Below, in pieces: positions 54,298 through 64,000 of a stretch of 64,000 nucleotides of DNA (positions are counted from its first letter, which is position 1; every line of letters begins with the position of its first letter). The DNA is taken from IMG/VR virus record IMGVR_UViG_3300025909_000005, one strand, 5' to 3'. The notes below the pieces were generated by a model, which had not been told where the DNA came from, ran no database searches, and was given only the letters and a program-made list of their open reading frames with translations. The stretch is from a virus (Duplodnaviria > Caudoviricetes). Made by a program: the position numbers and the translations under genes.

Positions 54298-54706
54298 GTA
54301 CAACACTCACCGCCAAAACGTCGAGATCAAGCTGGTCTCGACGATTCCTGGCATCTGCTTCTGCGTAGAGGAAGAAGATGGAAACATCTTCTCCATCCAG
54401 GTCTACGTTTGGCGAAGTGAGTCTCCTGACGGCTACACGCAGTACCACAAGGGAATTGCGCGTCGTGAAGTGATGAAGCAGGAGAAGCACCAGCTTGATG
54501 TTCGGTGCCTGAAGGACCTCTCTGCCTGGTCCATCGCGAACGTGATGAGACACCTTCCGCAGTACGCGCACGCCATCAACCTACTTGACGTGAACCACGC
54601 GCAAGCTCTCCAAGAAGAAGCTCACGCCATCGAGATCTTCAAGGCCATGAACATCGCGCAGCGCTACGAATCACTTTCACATCGAGACTCCTATGATGAA
54701 GACTAA
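54269..54706 (+). CDS. Hypothetical protein
   Basis: 145-aa ORF. Confidence 0.55.
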   Translation: MIFRHLRPIEYNTHRQNVEIKLVSTIPGICFCVEEEDGNIFSIQVYVWRSESPDGYTQYHKGIARREVMKQEKHQLDVRCLKDLSAWSIANVMRHLPQYAHAINLLDVNHAQALQEEAHAIEIFKAMNIAQRYESLSHRDSYDED

Positions 54707-55220
54707 CACGGGCTTCATGCTCAACGATGCCAAGAGCGGCATCATTTGCCACCAGGTGAACTGTCAAGGCGTGATGGGTTCTGGTATTGCGCTCGCGATC
54801 CGCAACAAGTGGCCCATCGTGTTTGAAGAGTACAAGAAGTACGTTGACAAGAAGTTGGCATTTGATGGATGGAGTGGTGGCGCTCCTGATGCCGACAGCC
54901 TCCTAGGTGGCTTCCTCCCAGTTCAAGTTGATGACAACCTCTGGGTCGGCAATCTCTTCTCGCAGTGCTCATACGGCCGGAACCCAGCCGCGCAGCGGTT
55001 CGGCCGCTACACCTCGTATGACGCGCTGGACATCTGTTTCAGGAACGTAGCAACATGGGCAACCGTCATGGAGGGCGATGAGGTCGTTCTTCGTGAGGTC
55101 CACTACCCGCAGATCGGTTGCGGACTGGGTGGCGGTGACTGGTCCATCGTTTCGAAGATCATCGACGTCCGGCTTGATACAATACCTCATACGTATTGGG
55201 AATACAAGAAGACCGCCTGA
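54693..55220 (+). CDS. Macrodomain (ADP-ribose binding/hydrolase; DarG/Poa1p-like)
   Basis: IICHQVNCQGVMGSGIALAI...K.P, NLFSQ, TSYDAL, YPQIGCGLGGGDW. Confidence 0.88.
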   Translation: MMKTNTGFMLNDAKSGIICHQVNCQGVMGSGIALAIRNKWPIVFEEYKKYVDKKLAFDGWSGGAPDADSLLGGFLPVQVDDNLWVGNLFSQCSYGRNPAAQRFGRYTSYDALDICFRNVATWATVMEGDEVVLREVHYPQIGCGLGGGDWSIVSKIIDVRLDTIPHTYWEYKKTA

Positions 55221-55275
55221 AATAACCAAAGAGGCAAAGAGTAACAAGTGCACCACACGAGATCAGCCATGAAGC

Positions 55276-56166
55276 ATGATCCCGTTCGATCCTACAGACA
55301 AGACACACAAAGACGCAGGCCGTGATTGGCTCATCAAGAACGCGAGCTTCACTCAAACGGAACCTCTCCTCGAGGCAGTTCGGGACAAGTGGTTCACGCG
55401 CGCGACGAAGGCCACCTTCAAACGCCACTACAACCGCTTCGTGAACTCGTACCCATTCGAGGCGCAGAAGATCTCAAAGTTCCGACCAGATGGTGTTGGG
55501 CCAGGAGAGATGATCGCCTGGTTCCTGTTTGACAATGTCACACTTGGTGGCAGGAACGGTGACATCGACGTGCTCGTGAACAACCGTCCATTCGCGGAGT
55601 TCAAGGCAGGCCAACTTCACAAGACGCACAACTCGGTTGACAACTTCAAGATCACCAAGGACGGGGATCCCTCAGTTGGTCAGATCATGCAAGACCTCTA
55701 CAGCTGGGCGAATGCCTACGAGGAGATGAGCGGGATGAAGATGAGGACCTCATCAATCTCTGCCAAGTTCCTCGAGGCTAACCTGAACCAGAAGATTCAG
55801 CTTCCGAAGCTGTCTCATGTTCCAGTCATGGTCCACAAGGAAAGCTTGAGCATCTGTGACCTGGATGGTGAGGTAATCTCTTCCCTTTTGGAGGTTGATC
55901 TACGCGACAGGATTGAGGATTTTGTGCTCAATTTTCCCGATCCGGCTGTAGATAATAGCATATCGACCTTCAAGAAGATTGTGACACGATGGCGAAAGCA
56001 GGCTTACAAGGACGCAGTCCAAGGCAAGAACTTCGCAGTTGTGAACAAGGATAACTTGATGATGATGTACTTCGGTCAGCTGACCGAAGGGAATATCGGG
56101 CTCTACAGAATCCACCGAAACCAACCATGGGCCCGGATTTACTTGCCATCGGCAAGGGCGACTTGA
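55276..56166 (+). CDS. Hypothetical protein, possible PD-(D/E)xK nuclease
   Basis: GVGPGE...GG..GDIDV....AEFKAG motif order. Confidence 0.45.
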   Translation: MIPFDPTDKTHKDAGRDWLIKNASFTQTEPLLEAVRDKWFTRATKATFKRHYNRFVNSYPFEAQKISKFRPDGVGPGEMIAWFLFDNVTLGGRNGDIDVLVNNRPFAEFKAGQLHKTHNSVDNFKITKDGDPSVGQIMQDLYSWANAYEEMSGMKMRTSSISAKFLEANLNQKIQLPKLSHVPVMVHKESLSICDLDGEVISSLLEVDLRDRIEDFVLNFPDPAVDNSISTFKKIVTRWRKQAYKDAVQGKNFAVVNKDNLMMMYFGQLTEGNIGLYRIHRNQPWARIYLPSARAT

Positions 56167-56175
56167 GTAGAAAGT

Positions 56176-56358
56176 ATGGGCGAACACATCGACAACCGTG
56201 CAAAGAGCAAGAAGAAGAAGGGTTTCAACGAGAACGTTGACCCGAAACTGGCTCGTGCACGTCGTGTAACCTTCAAGAACTACCTGCGGGAGCAGGAAGA
56301 AGAGTTGCTTGAAGCAGACCTCGACACCGATCTAGACGACGAAGACGCCGACGAGTAA
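56176..56358 (+). CDS. Small bipolar (basic/acidic) protein
   Basis: Lys-rich N-terminus, Asp/Glu-rich C-terminus. Confidence 0.55.
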   Translation: MGEHIDNRAKSKKKKGFNENVDPKLARARRVTFKNYLREQEEELLEADLDTDLDDEDADE

Positions 56359-56412
56359 AAACCATCCTGCTACCACCTCACATAAATAGGTGGTAATCCA
56401 CAGGATGGCTAA

Positions 56413-56907
56413 ATGCTGGTCGTACCACTCAAAGGCGATAAGATCGAGACGAGGGACGGTGTCTCTTTCACCGTTCTCTCATACACCAATTACCGAGATA
56501 AGGGCCCGGCCGTTTACGTCGAGCACACTCCTGCGGTACCGTCTGACGCCGTCTATTTCTTCGACATCAGCAAGATCAACGGCAAGCCCGTTGAGTTCAT
56601 CAAGGGTGCGAAGGTCTTCAAGGCGCTTGGTCCAATCAAGCGGAAGTGGCAGCTCCCCCAACCTAACGACATCGTCACGTACCGTGGACAAGGCGGCTCA
56701 TCTGAAGCCGTTGTCAAGAGCCTGAAGCTGCACAAGCGAGGCGACCTGGCCAAGGGATTGGTCATCATGGGAACCGATCGAGACACTGATGAGCAGGTGA
56801 TGATTCGCCTTGCACAGGTAATCGACCTGAAGCGTGACATCGGAAACGATCTGTTCTCGAGGGACAAGTTCCTCGCCTACTACGCTGACTACCAAGGTGC
56901 TCGCTGA
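56413..56907 (+). CDS. Hypothetical late protein
   Basis: TAAATA at 56383-56388 upstream. Confidence 0.75.
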   Translation: MLVVPLKGDKIETRDGVSFTVLSYTNYRDKGPAVYVEHTPAVPSDAVYFFDISKINGKPVEFIKGAKVFKALGPIKRKWQLPQPNDIVTYRGQGGSSEAVVKSLKLHKRGDLAKGLVIMGTDRDTDEQVMIRLAQVIDLKRDIGNDLFSRDKFLAYYADYQGAR

Positions 56908-57116
56908 TGAAATCCCTGCTCAATGAGCTCGACCAGAATGCTGGCAAGACCGCATACCAGACCTACACCATCACTCACGGCATCGAAGAGATTCGGGTGC
57001 TCGTACCGCTGACGGAGGTCAAGAACTTCGAGGTGGAGTTCAACGCCAACAAGGGCAAGTCAAAGGACGCGCTGCTTGAAATCGTCACACGCCTCAACGG
57101 CAAGATCAAGGGCTAA
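56907..57116 (+). CDS. Hypothetical protein
   Basis: TGATG coupling. Confidence 0.65.
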   Translation: MKSLLNELDQNAGKTAYQTYTITHGIEEIRVLVPLTEVKNFEVEFNANKGKSKDALLEIVTRLNGKIKG

Positions 57117-57118
57117 GC

Positions 57119-57763
57119 ATGTTCATCAAGCAGCTCTTCTCAAACAATGCCGTTTCTCTGCTCAAGACGGGCATTTCACCATCTGATACGATCCTCACGG
57201 TTCTACCAGGTCACGGTGACCTGTTCCCAACTCCGCAGGCCAACGAGTACTTTGCTGTCACGCTTGAAGATCAAGCGGCCACAGTTCGTGAAATCATTCA
57301 CGTTACGGCCCGCTCTGGTGACGTCTTCACAGTTGAACGCGGTGCAGAAGGAACGGAAGCTCTTGCCTGGTCTGCAACGGCTGGCAACGATACACTCGTC
57401 GATCACCGCATCACGGCAGATACCCTCTACCGCCTTGACAACGAATACCTGAACCTTCCAGACTGGCCGAGCCTGACCTCTTACAAGGAGGCCCTTGACT
57501 ACCTCTTGAACGGTAACCCTACATCTGGTGGTCAAGCCATCGATGTGGACGTGACAACTGCGGTAGACGGCCTTGAAACGGTCGTCTCACTTCCTTCTGC
57601 CTACAAGCCAAACACGACTGCTGTCTACATTGGCGGCGTGCGGCAGAAGCGCGGAGTTGACTTCCTAGAATCTGGTCCTGCTGAACTCCGCCTGCAATTC
57701 ACTCTCACAGATGAGCAGATCGCTGAAGGGCAAAACGTAGTTGTAGATTACGTCGTTGCATAA
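57119..57763 (+). CDS. Putative virion structural protein (tail/fibre-associated)
   Basis: EIIHVTARSGDVFTVERGAEGT motif; C-terminal VYIGGVRQ..G.DF beta module. Confidence 0.65.
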   Translation: MFIKQLFSNNAVSLLKTGISPSDTILTVLPGHGDLFPTPQANEYFAVTLEDQAATVREIIHVTARSGDVFTVERGAEGTEALAWSATAGNDTLVDHRITADTLYRLDNEYLNLPDWPSLTSYKEALDYLLNGNPTSGGQAIDVDVTTAVDGLETVVSLPSAYKPNTTAVYIGGVRQKRGVDFLESGPAELRLQFTLTDEQIAEGQNVVVDYVVA

Positions 57764-57822
57764 GAGACAGATCCCATAAATATCGCAACGGCTCGATTCA
57801 ACTCTTACCCTAAGGTGACAAC

Positions 57823-59223
57823 ATGGCACTAACCAAGATTCGCGGTAATACACAGGTTCTTGACCTGTCGATCACCAACTCCCAAATCGCCGACAAGGAT
57901 GCAAGCAATCCAGATGGCATTCTGCTCAGCAAGATCCAGGACGGTGACCTGCTGGTCAAGTCTGACGGTTCGGTAGCCTTCACTTCCCCTGTCTCTGGCG
58001 TCACGCCAACTCAAGACGGCCAGCTCGCAACGAAGGGCTACGTCGATGGCGTTGCTCAAGGTCTTGACGTCAAGGCCTCTGTTCGAGCAGTTGCTCAAAG
58101 CAACGTCACGATGTCTGGTACGCAGACGGTCGACGGCGTTTCACTGAACGTCGGTGACCGCGTCCTCCTCGCCGGCCAAACCAACAACGTCCAGAACGGC
58201 ATCTACGTCGTTTCCGCTGGTGCTTGGACACGCTCACCAGACGCAACAACGAACGCTGACGTTACTCCAGGCCTGTTCACCTTTGTTGAAGAAGGCTCGG
58301 TCGCTCAAGGCACAGGCTGGGTTCTGACCTCGACTGGTCCAACAACCCTCGGCACGACCCCACTGCCATTCACCCAGTTCTCTTCTGCAGGTATCACGAA
58401 CCCTGGCGCAGGTCTGACAAAGACTGGCAATACGCTTGACGTCGTCTCGTCAAACGGCGGTATCGTCGTCACTGCTGACGCCATCGCGCTGACGCTGGCT
58501 GACAGCACCCTTGCAATTGACGCAGGCGGTCTGAAGCTTGCTTCACTGGCTGAAGGCAACATCCTCATCGGTAGCGCTGGCGGTGTTGCAACTGCTCAAG
58601 CTGTTTCTGGTGATGCAACCCTGGCTGCTGATGGTACTCTCACCATCGGTACCGGTGCAGTCACGAACGCAAAGCTCGCTGGCAACATCTCCCTTGACAA
58701 GCTCGCCTCTGGTACCGCTGGTCAAGTCATCGTTGCAAACGGCTCTGGCGTTCCAACGTACACGTCCCTGACTGGTGACGTCACGATCTCCAGCTCTGGC
58801 GTTACGACGATTGCCAACGACGCAGTCACTACCGTCAAGGTTCAGGACGGCGCAGTCACGCTGGCCAAGCTCGTTGCTCTCGATGACGCTAAGTTCGTCG
58901 TTGGTACTGGCGCTGGCAACGCACAGGTTGCGATCACTGGTGACGTCACTGTTTCGAACGCCGGTGTTGCCACGGTTGACAGCTCCGTTGTTGTCAAGGT
59001 TGCAGACGTTATCACTCGCGAAACGCCAACTGGCGCCGTTGATGGTACCAACCCAACGTTCGTTCTTGCCAACACGCCGAAGACGGGCACGGAACACGTG
59101 TACCTCAACGGCCTCCTGATGGATGCAGGTAGCGGTAACGACTACTCGATCGCTGGCGACACGATCACATTCACATTCAACCCACAAACGGGTGACAAGA
59201 TCCGAGTGTCCTACTTCAAGTAA
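57823..59223 (+). CDS. Tail-fibre-like structural protein
   Basis: ATKGYVD...QTVDGVSL..GDRVLL module; Gly/Ala/Thr repeats; C-terminal VYLNGLL..GSGNDY; TAAATA at 57777-57782. Confidence 0.8.
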   Translation: MALTKIRGNTQVLDLSITNSQIADKDASNPDGILLSKIQDGDLLVKSDGSVAFTSPVSGVTPTQDGQLATKGYVDGVAQGLDVKASVRAVAQSNVTMSGTQTVDGVSLNVGDRVLLAGQTNNVQNGIYVVSAGAWTRSPDATTNADVTPGLFTFVEEGSVAQGTGWVLTSTGPTTLGTTPLPFTQFSSAGITNPGAGLTKTGNTLDVVSSNGGIVVTADAIALTLADSTLAIDAGGLKLASLAEGNILIGSAGGVATAQAVSGDATLAADGTLTIGTGAVTNAKLAGNISLDKLASGTAGQVIVANGSGVPTYTSLTGDVTISSSGVTTIANDAVTTVKVQDGAVTLAKLVALDDAKFVVGTGAGNAQVAITGDVTVSNAGVATVDSSVVVKVADVITRETPTGAVDGTNPTFVLANTPKTGTEHVYLNGLLMDAGSGNDYSIAGDTITFTFNPQTGDKIRVSYFK

Positions 59224-59232
59224 TCGACTTGA

Positions 59233-59259
59233 CTGGGCCGGGATTCGATCCCGGCCCAG
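59233..59259. terminator. 12-bp intergenic hairpin (terminator or processing site)
   Basis: ctgggccgggat-tcg-atcccggcccag. Confidence 0.6.
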
Positions 59260-59285
59260 ATTCTTAGGACGCGAAAGGCTTTAGA

Positions 59286-62200
59286 GTGAGAACACAACTA
59301 CCTGGTGAACAGATCCTAGATGGCAGCGTTGATACACCGGACCTTAAGAATGGCGCAGTCACAGATGTAAAGCTCAGTGACACTGGTGTCGCCGCTAGCA
59401 CCTTCACCAGCGTTACGGTGAATGCGAAGGGACGCGTCACCGCAGGCACGAATCCAACCACGCTCGCTGGATACGGCATCACAGACGCCGTTTCATCAAC
59501 TGATGCTGCCTCTTTCCCGATCATTCTCACGTCGCCTATCGCAGGCTTCACGGCTGGTCGTGTTCTCATGGGCACCACCAATCAGATCGTGCTCACGGAT
59601 GACGGCACGAACCTAACCGTCTCAATTGCAGACAACGCAGTTCTTCCTGGAACTGGCGCGGTCACTGTTCCATCTGGCACGACTGTTCAGCGTCCAACCG
59701 GCGCTGCTGGTCAGCTACGCTACAACACCACAATTCCTGCGCTCGAGGCCTACGTTGGTACTCGTGCATGGCAGCAGCTTGTTCTGGATGATGATCCTCG
59801 TCTTCAGAGCGACGCCTTTGTCAAGGTTGTTGACAAGACTCCAGTCGGTTCCCAGTACAGCTCCATCGCGGCAGCTTGCGCGGCAATCACGACAGCTTCT
59901 GAATCTCAGCCATGGATCGTTCGAGTTGGTCCTGGCCGCTATGTTGAGCCACAAATCGATGTTCCACCATGGGTCACGGTTGTGGGTCAAGCTGGCGCAG
60001 AATACGCAATCATCGTCACTCCTGACGATGGCACCCACCCCGTCTTCACGCTCGCCGAGAACTCTGGCGTTGCATCGCTGACCGTCTTCGATGCCACTGG
60101 CACAGATCAGGCTGGTTTCCAGATTCACAACTGCGGTTACTACGTCCTCCTGCACAAGGTGTCGATGACGAACGTCTCCGTTGGCTGGGACCTCGTTGCC
60201 GATTCTGTTGACTCGACGGTCTACTTCGAGTACTGCGACTGGGCAAGCAATGACGCGACCCAGGTTGGCCTGAAGATGTCTTCTGCCAATGGCTTCTCGC
60301 TGTACCTCAACGCAGAAAATTTCTACACCTACGGTCTCGCTGCAAACGCTACCTCAAGCATGATTCTGACAGGCAACAAGACTGTCCTGAACATGCAGGC
60401 CTTCGGTCTCGAAGGTGCTGACGGTACAGGTACCGCCCTGGTCGTTGAAGATGGCGCGCAAGTTGATGCCAAGGCCGGCCACATGTTTGGTTGGGACACT
60501 GCTGTCCACATTCCAAACACGGGCACTGCGCCGACGGTCAACATCTTGGCCGTTGACTTTTCGAACAACACAACGTGGGACCTCTTCACTGAGCACCCAT
60601 CTGCAATCGGTACCCTCAACGGCGGTACTGCTGATCGACTGAAGGTCAACGCCTCGGCGTCTCCTCTGTTCACGGCTGCCTACGCAGACGTGCTGCACAA
60701 CGAGTACGCGCAGACTGGCGACTTCTTCCTTGGTGACGATCAAAGCACGCTCACGAACATCTCACCTGCTATCTTCGAAAGCGGTGCAGTTGGTGTTCTG
60801 AATGGTGGTGCAATCTCGGTTGGCGCGGCTTCGGCGTCTGTTGACATCAGCGCCGGCTACGGTTACCTCCGCGATCCAACGACTCAGAAGCTGAAGCTCA
60901 TTACGTGGACTGCACAGACCAGCTTCCCGCTGATTGACAACTCACCGAACACAATTTGGGTTGACACGACTGGCACCTTCCACGCCACTCTCACGGACCC
61001 AGATGCGTACGAGAACATCATTCTTGGTGGTGCACTCTCCTTTGGTGGTTCGGTTGGCTTTATCGCGCGCACTGCTCTGCAGGCAGACAACGCTGCCACC
61101 CACCTTGACGACTTCCTTCGCGCTGCCTTTGGTACGATCTTTGTCTCGGGTTCGATGGTCTCTGAGAACGCGACGACGCCGTTCGCTCTCGATGTTTCGT
61201 CAGGCGTGTACTACTACTCGCGCATCAAGTTCTCGCCAAGCGGTGGAACTGGCGTCATGTTCCTCGAGTTCCAACCAGATGGAACATTCGCGCCCGCAAC
61301 AACGATCAACCACACGCAGTACAACAACGCAGGCACTCTGACGTCCCTCGCCGCAGGTACGTTCACAAAGCACGCGCTGTACCTGTTCGAAGACGGCGCT
61401 GACGAGACCTACGGCTTCGTGTTTGGTGACACGCAGTACGCCACCCTGAATGACGCCGTTGCTGGTCCTCTCCCAATCCCGCCATCGTTCTTCGTTCCAC
61501 CTGTCGTTGTCATCGCTGCGATTATCGTCCAGCAGGGTGCTACCCACATCTCGGAAATCCTTGATGAGCGTCCACGTCTTGGCTTCGTTGCAAGCGCGAC
61601 CTCTACGACCAGCGACCACGGTAACCTGACTGGTCTGCTTGACGACGACCACCCTCAGTACCTGCTAGCGAGCGGCGCTCGCTCCATGACGGGCAACCTT
61701 GACCTTGGTGGCTTCAGCCTAACGAGTGTCAACTTGGTTGACGGTGTTGACGTGTCGGCCCATGCTTCACGCCACCTGCCAAACGGTGCTGACCCAATCA
61801 CAACTGGTCCAGGCATCTCGGTCTCGGCCACGAGCACGAACTCCACAGGTACCGCGAACAGTCTCTCGCGAGCCGACCACGGCCACGCACTGGTTCTTGA
61901 CGCTGACCTGAATGCTCTTGCTGCGCTGACGACAACTGGTCTTGCAGCTCGTACCGCTGCTGATACCTGGACAACTCGTACCCTCACCGGCACCGCCGGT
62001 CAAATCGTCGTGACGAACGGCAGTGGCGCTGCTGGAAATCCAACGCTCACGCTTGACACCGTCGGCACGGCAGGCACATACGAATCCGTTACGACTGACA
62101 TCTACGGTCGCGTTACATCTGGCATCACTACTTCGTCGTACACTCTGGATTGGTCAAGGCTCGTCAACACGCCAACGACGCTGTCCGCCTACGGCATCAC

Positions 62201-64000
62201 GGACGCCCAGCCAGTTGACTCTGACCTGACTGCAATTGCTGGTCTTGGCACTGCTGGTTTCATCATCCGGACGGGTGCAGGTACGGCCGTTACACGTTCA
62301 CTCACCGCCCCAGCTGCCGGTCTCACGATCACGAATCCTGATGGCGTCTCTGCTGCTCCAGTCTTTGCGCTCGCAAACGACCTGGCCGCGCTGGAAGGAC
62401 TTGCCTCCACGGGTATCGCTGTTCGCACCGGCACCGACACGTGGGCACAGCGCACGATAGTTGCGCCTGCCGCGGGCATCACGATCACCAACGGCTCTGG
62501 TGCTGCTGGCAACCCTACTCTTGCGCTCGCAAACGACCTCGCAGCCCTCGAAGGACTCGCAGCGACCGGCTTTGCAGCTCGCACCGCAACTGACACGTGG
62601 ACGCAGCGCTCGATCACGGGCACCTCTGGTCGAATCTCTGTCACGAACGGCGACGGCGTTGCAGGCGCGCCAACCCTTGACCTCGTCGCAACTGGCACCG
62701 CGGGCTCCTACGGCATGGTCACGACCGATGCCTACGGTCGTGTAACAGCTGGTACCACCAATGACATCGCTCACGGCGGCACGAATCTAACGACACTTGG
62801 CTCTGCCAACCAGGTGCTTGGCGTAAACGCTGGAGCGACTGCTCTCGAGTACAAGACACTCACCCAGGGTACCGGCATCTCGATCACTAACGGTGCCGGC
62901 ACTGTTACAATCACCGCTACTGCAAATGGCACTGTCACCTCGGTAAACCTCACAGCTCCTGCTGCAGGTATTTCGGTTTCGGGCGGCCCAATCACGTCTT
63001 CTGGTTCCATCACGCTCGCACTCGCAAATGATCTTGCAGCGGTTGAAGGACTGGCAGGTACGGGCTTTGCAGTTCGTACTGCTGCTGACACCTGGACAAC
63101 CCGTAGCCTGACAGCTGGTTCCGGCATCGCAATCTCGAATGCTGACGGCGTTTCCGCTGCGCCAACGATCTCACTCTCAACTACTGGCACGGCTGGCACG
63201 TACGCAGTTGTAACGACGGACTCGTTCGGTCGAGTCACCTCGGGCACGACGACGCAGGCCTGGTCGACCATCACAGGCGCACCTACCACCATCTCGGGCT
63301 ACGGCATCACCGATGCCCAACCGCTTGATGCTGACCTAACAGCAATTGCTGCCTTCGCCTCGACGGGCTTTGCAGTTCGCACGGCCGCGGATACGTGGGC
63401 ACAACGCACGCTGACCGCTGGTTCCTCTAAGATCGCGATCACGAATGGTGCTGGTATCGCCGGCAATCCAACGATTGACGTCACTGAAGCGAACCTGACC
63501 ATCTCGAACATGGGCGGCACGCTTGCACTCACCCATGGCGGTACGGGTCTCACTGCTGGTGGCACGGCAAACCAAGTTCTTGGCATGAACGCCGCTGCAA
63601 CGGCACTCGAGTACAAGACAGTTACGGCTGGCACAAACGTCTCAGTTACGCAGGGTGTCGGCACAATCACGATCAACGCCACGGGTTCGGTTTCGTCGGT
63701 GAACATCACGCAGCCAGCGGCAGGCATCACCACTTCTGGCGGTCCGATCACGTCGACTGGCTCGATCACCCTCGCTCTGGCAAACGACCTTGCGGCTCTT
63801 GAAGGCCTCGGTTCCACGGGCTTTGCAGTTCGCACCGCCGCCGACACATGGGCTCAACGTTCCATCGCAGTTGGCTCTGGTCTCTCTGTTACGAACGGTG
63901 ACGGCGTTGCTGGCAACCCAACGATCAGCCTGTCTGGCACGAACTCCTCAGCATCTGGTGTCCTGTCTTCTTGGACGCTTGTTTCAGGAACTCGCTACTA
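59286..64000 (+). CDS. Very large tail fibre/spike protein, 3'-truncated by the window (absent from the ORF track)
   Basis: GTG 59286 starts [14 protein letters not shown]...; in frame with [13 protein letters not shown] at the window end; [12 protein letters not shown] motifs, beta-helix-like region, repeated [19 protein letters not shown] units. Confidence 0.85.
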   Translation, partial: MRTQLPGEQILDGSVDTPDLKNGAVTDVKLSDTGVAASTFTSVTVNAKGRVTAGTNPTTLAGYGITDAVSSTDAASFPIILTSPIAGFTAGRVLMGTTNQIVLTDDGTNLTVSIADNAVLPGTGAVTVPSGTTVQRPTGAAGQLRYNTTIPALEAYVGTRAWQQLVLDDDPRLQSDAFVKVVDKTPVGSQYSSIAAACAAITTASESQPWIVRVGPGRYVEPQIDVPPWVTVVGQAGAEYAIIVTPDDGTHPVFTLAENSGVASLTVFDATGTDQAGFQIHNCGYYVLLHKVSMTNVSVGWDLVADSVDSTVYFEYCDWASNDATQVGLKMSSANGFSLYLNAENFYTYGLAANATSSMILTGNKTVLNMQAFGLEGADGTGTALVVEDGAQVDAKAGHMFGWDTAVHIPNTGTAPTVNILAVDFSNNTTWDLFTEHPSAIGTLNGGTADRLKVNASASPLFTAAYADVLHNEYAQTGDFFLGDDQSTLTNISPAIFESGAVGVLNGGAISVGAASASVDISAGYGYLRDPTTQKLKLITWTAQTSFPLIDNSPNTIWVDTTGTFHATLTDPDAYENIILGGALSFGGSVGFIARTALQADNAATHLDDFLRAAFGTIFVSGSMVSENATTPFALDVSSGVYYYSRIKFSPSGGTGVMFLEFQPDGTFAPATTINHTQYNNAGTLTSLAAGTFTKHALYLFEDGADETYGFVFGDTQYATLNDAVAGPLPIPPSFFVPPVVVIAAIIVQQGATHISEILDERPRLGFVASATSTTSDHGNLTGLLDDDHPQYLLASGARSMTGNLDLGGFSLTSVNLVDGVDVSAHASRHLPNGADPITTGPGISVSATSTNSTGTANSLSRADHGHALVLDADLNALAALTTTGLAARTAADTWTTRTLTGTAGQIVVTNGSGAAGNPTLTLDTVGTAGTYESVTTDIYGRVTSGITTSSYTLDWSRLVNTPTTLSAYGITDAQPVDSDLTAIAGLGTAGFIIRTGAGTAVTRSLTAPAAGLTITNPDGVSAAPVFALANDLAALEGLASTGIAVRTGTDTWAQRTIVAPAAGITITNGSGAAGNPTLALANDLAALEGLAATGFAARTATDTWTQRSITGTSGRISVTNGDGVAGAPTLDLVATGTAGSYGMVTTDAYGRVTAGTTNDIAHGGTNLTTLGSANQVLGVNAGATALEYKTLTQGTGISITNGAGTVTITATANGTVTSVNLTAPAAGISVSGGPITSSGSITLALANDLAAVEGLAGTGFAVRTAADTWTTRSLTAGSGIAISNADGVSAAPTISLSTTGTAGTYAVVTTDSFGRVTSGTTTQAWSTITGAPTTISGYGITDAQPLDADLTAIAAFASTGFAVRTAADTWAQRTLTAGSSKIAITNGAGIAGNPTIDVTEANLTISNMGGTLALTHGGTGLTAGGTANQVLGMNAAATALEYKTVTAGTNVSVTQGVGTITINATGSVSSVNITQPAAGITTSGGPITSTGSITLALANDLAALEGLGSTGFAVRTAADTWAQRSIAVGSGLSVTNGDGVAGNPTISLSGTNSSASGVLSSWTLVSGTRY
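61899..63880 (+). repeat. About 7 degenerate protein-coding repeats in the large fibre
   Basis: (D/N)DL.A..GL..TGF.VRT..DTW..R units near 61.9, 62.2, 62.4, 62.5, 63.0, 63.3 and 63.8 kb. Confidence 0.8.

Noticed and set aside
59233-59259. GGGATTCGATCCC looks like a tRNA T-arm
   Set aside because: It is the tip of one 12-bp hairpin with no acceptor, D or anticodon arms; no tRNA gene was found anywhere in the window
61899-63880. Periodic repeats suggesting a CRISPR array or DGR template
   Set aside because: Repeats are degenerate at synonymous positions and in frame within a fibre gene; no cas or reverse-transcriptase gene in the window

Overview
This 64-kb window looks like part of a large lytic tailed-phage genome of the T4-like jumbo type. 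The host is probably a GC-rich proteobacterium (inferred from GC-rich codon use and host-like accessory genes). I found no bacterial housekeeping genes, rRNA, tRNA, CRISPR array or integrase. Two promoter classes recur: sigma70-like early promoters (T[GT]TAC[AT]-N16-18-TAnAAT) and a T4-late-like TAAATA box ahead of structural and lysis genes. Contents include replication genes (clamp loader, DinG-like helicase, two topoisomerase II subunits, RNase H) and nucleotide-metabolism genes (ThyA, DHFR, two kinases). Four tail-fibre-type genes are present, two of them paired with adhesin-like partners, along with two holin-T-like genes and a PrkA/YeaG-YeaH-SpoVR/YcgB operon. Conflict and repair genes include Ro60/TROVE, Tpt1/KptA, macrodomain, SLOG, three NUDIX hydrolases, an HD alarmone-hydrolase-like protein and a Pth2-like protein. 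The two strongest leads are: (1) a ~500-nt densely base-paired non-coding region directly upstream of the Ro60 gene, with two helices matching the Ro-binding geometry, a candidate unusual or oversized phage Y-RNA locus; and (2) a putative cytosine hypermodification pathway made of a dCMP-type thymidylate-synthase paralog, a T4 BGT-like DNA glycosyltransferase and a UDP-galactopyranose mutase, predicting a furanose-sugar-modified cytosine. All calls come from motif recognition by eye; no searches or folding programs were run.
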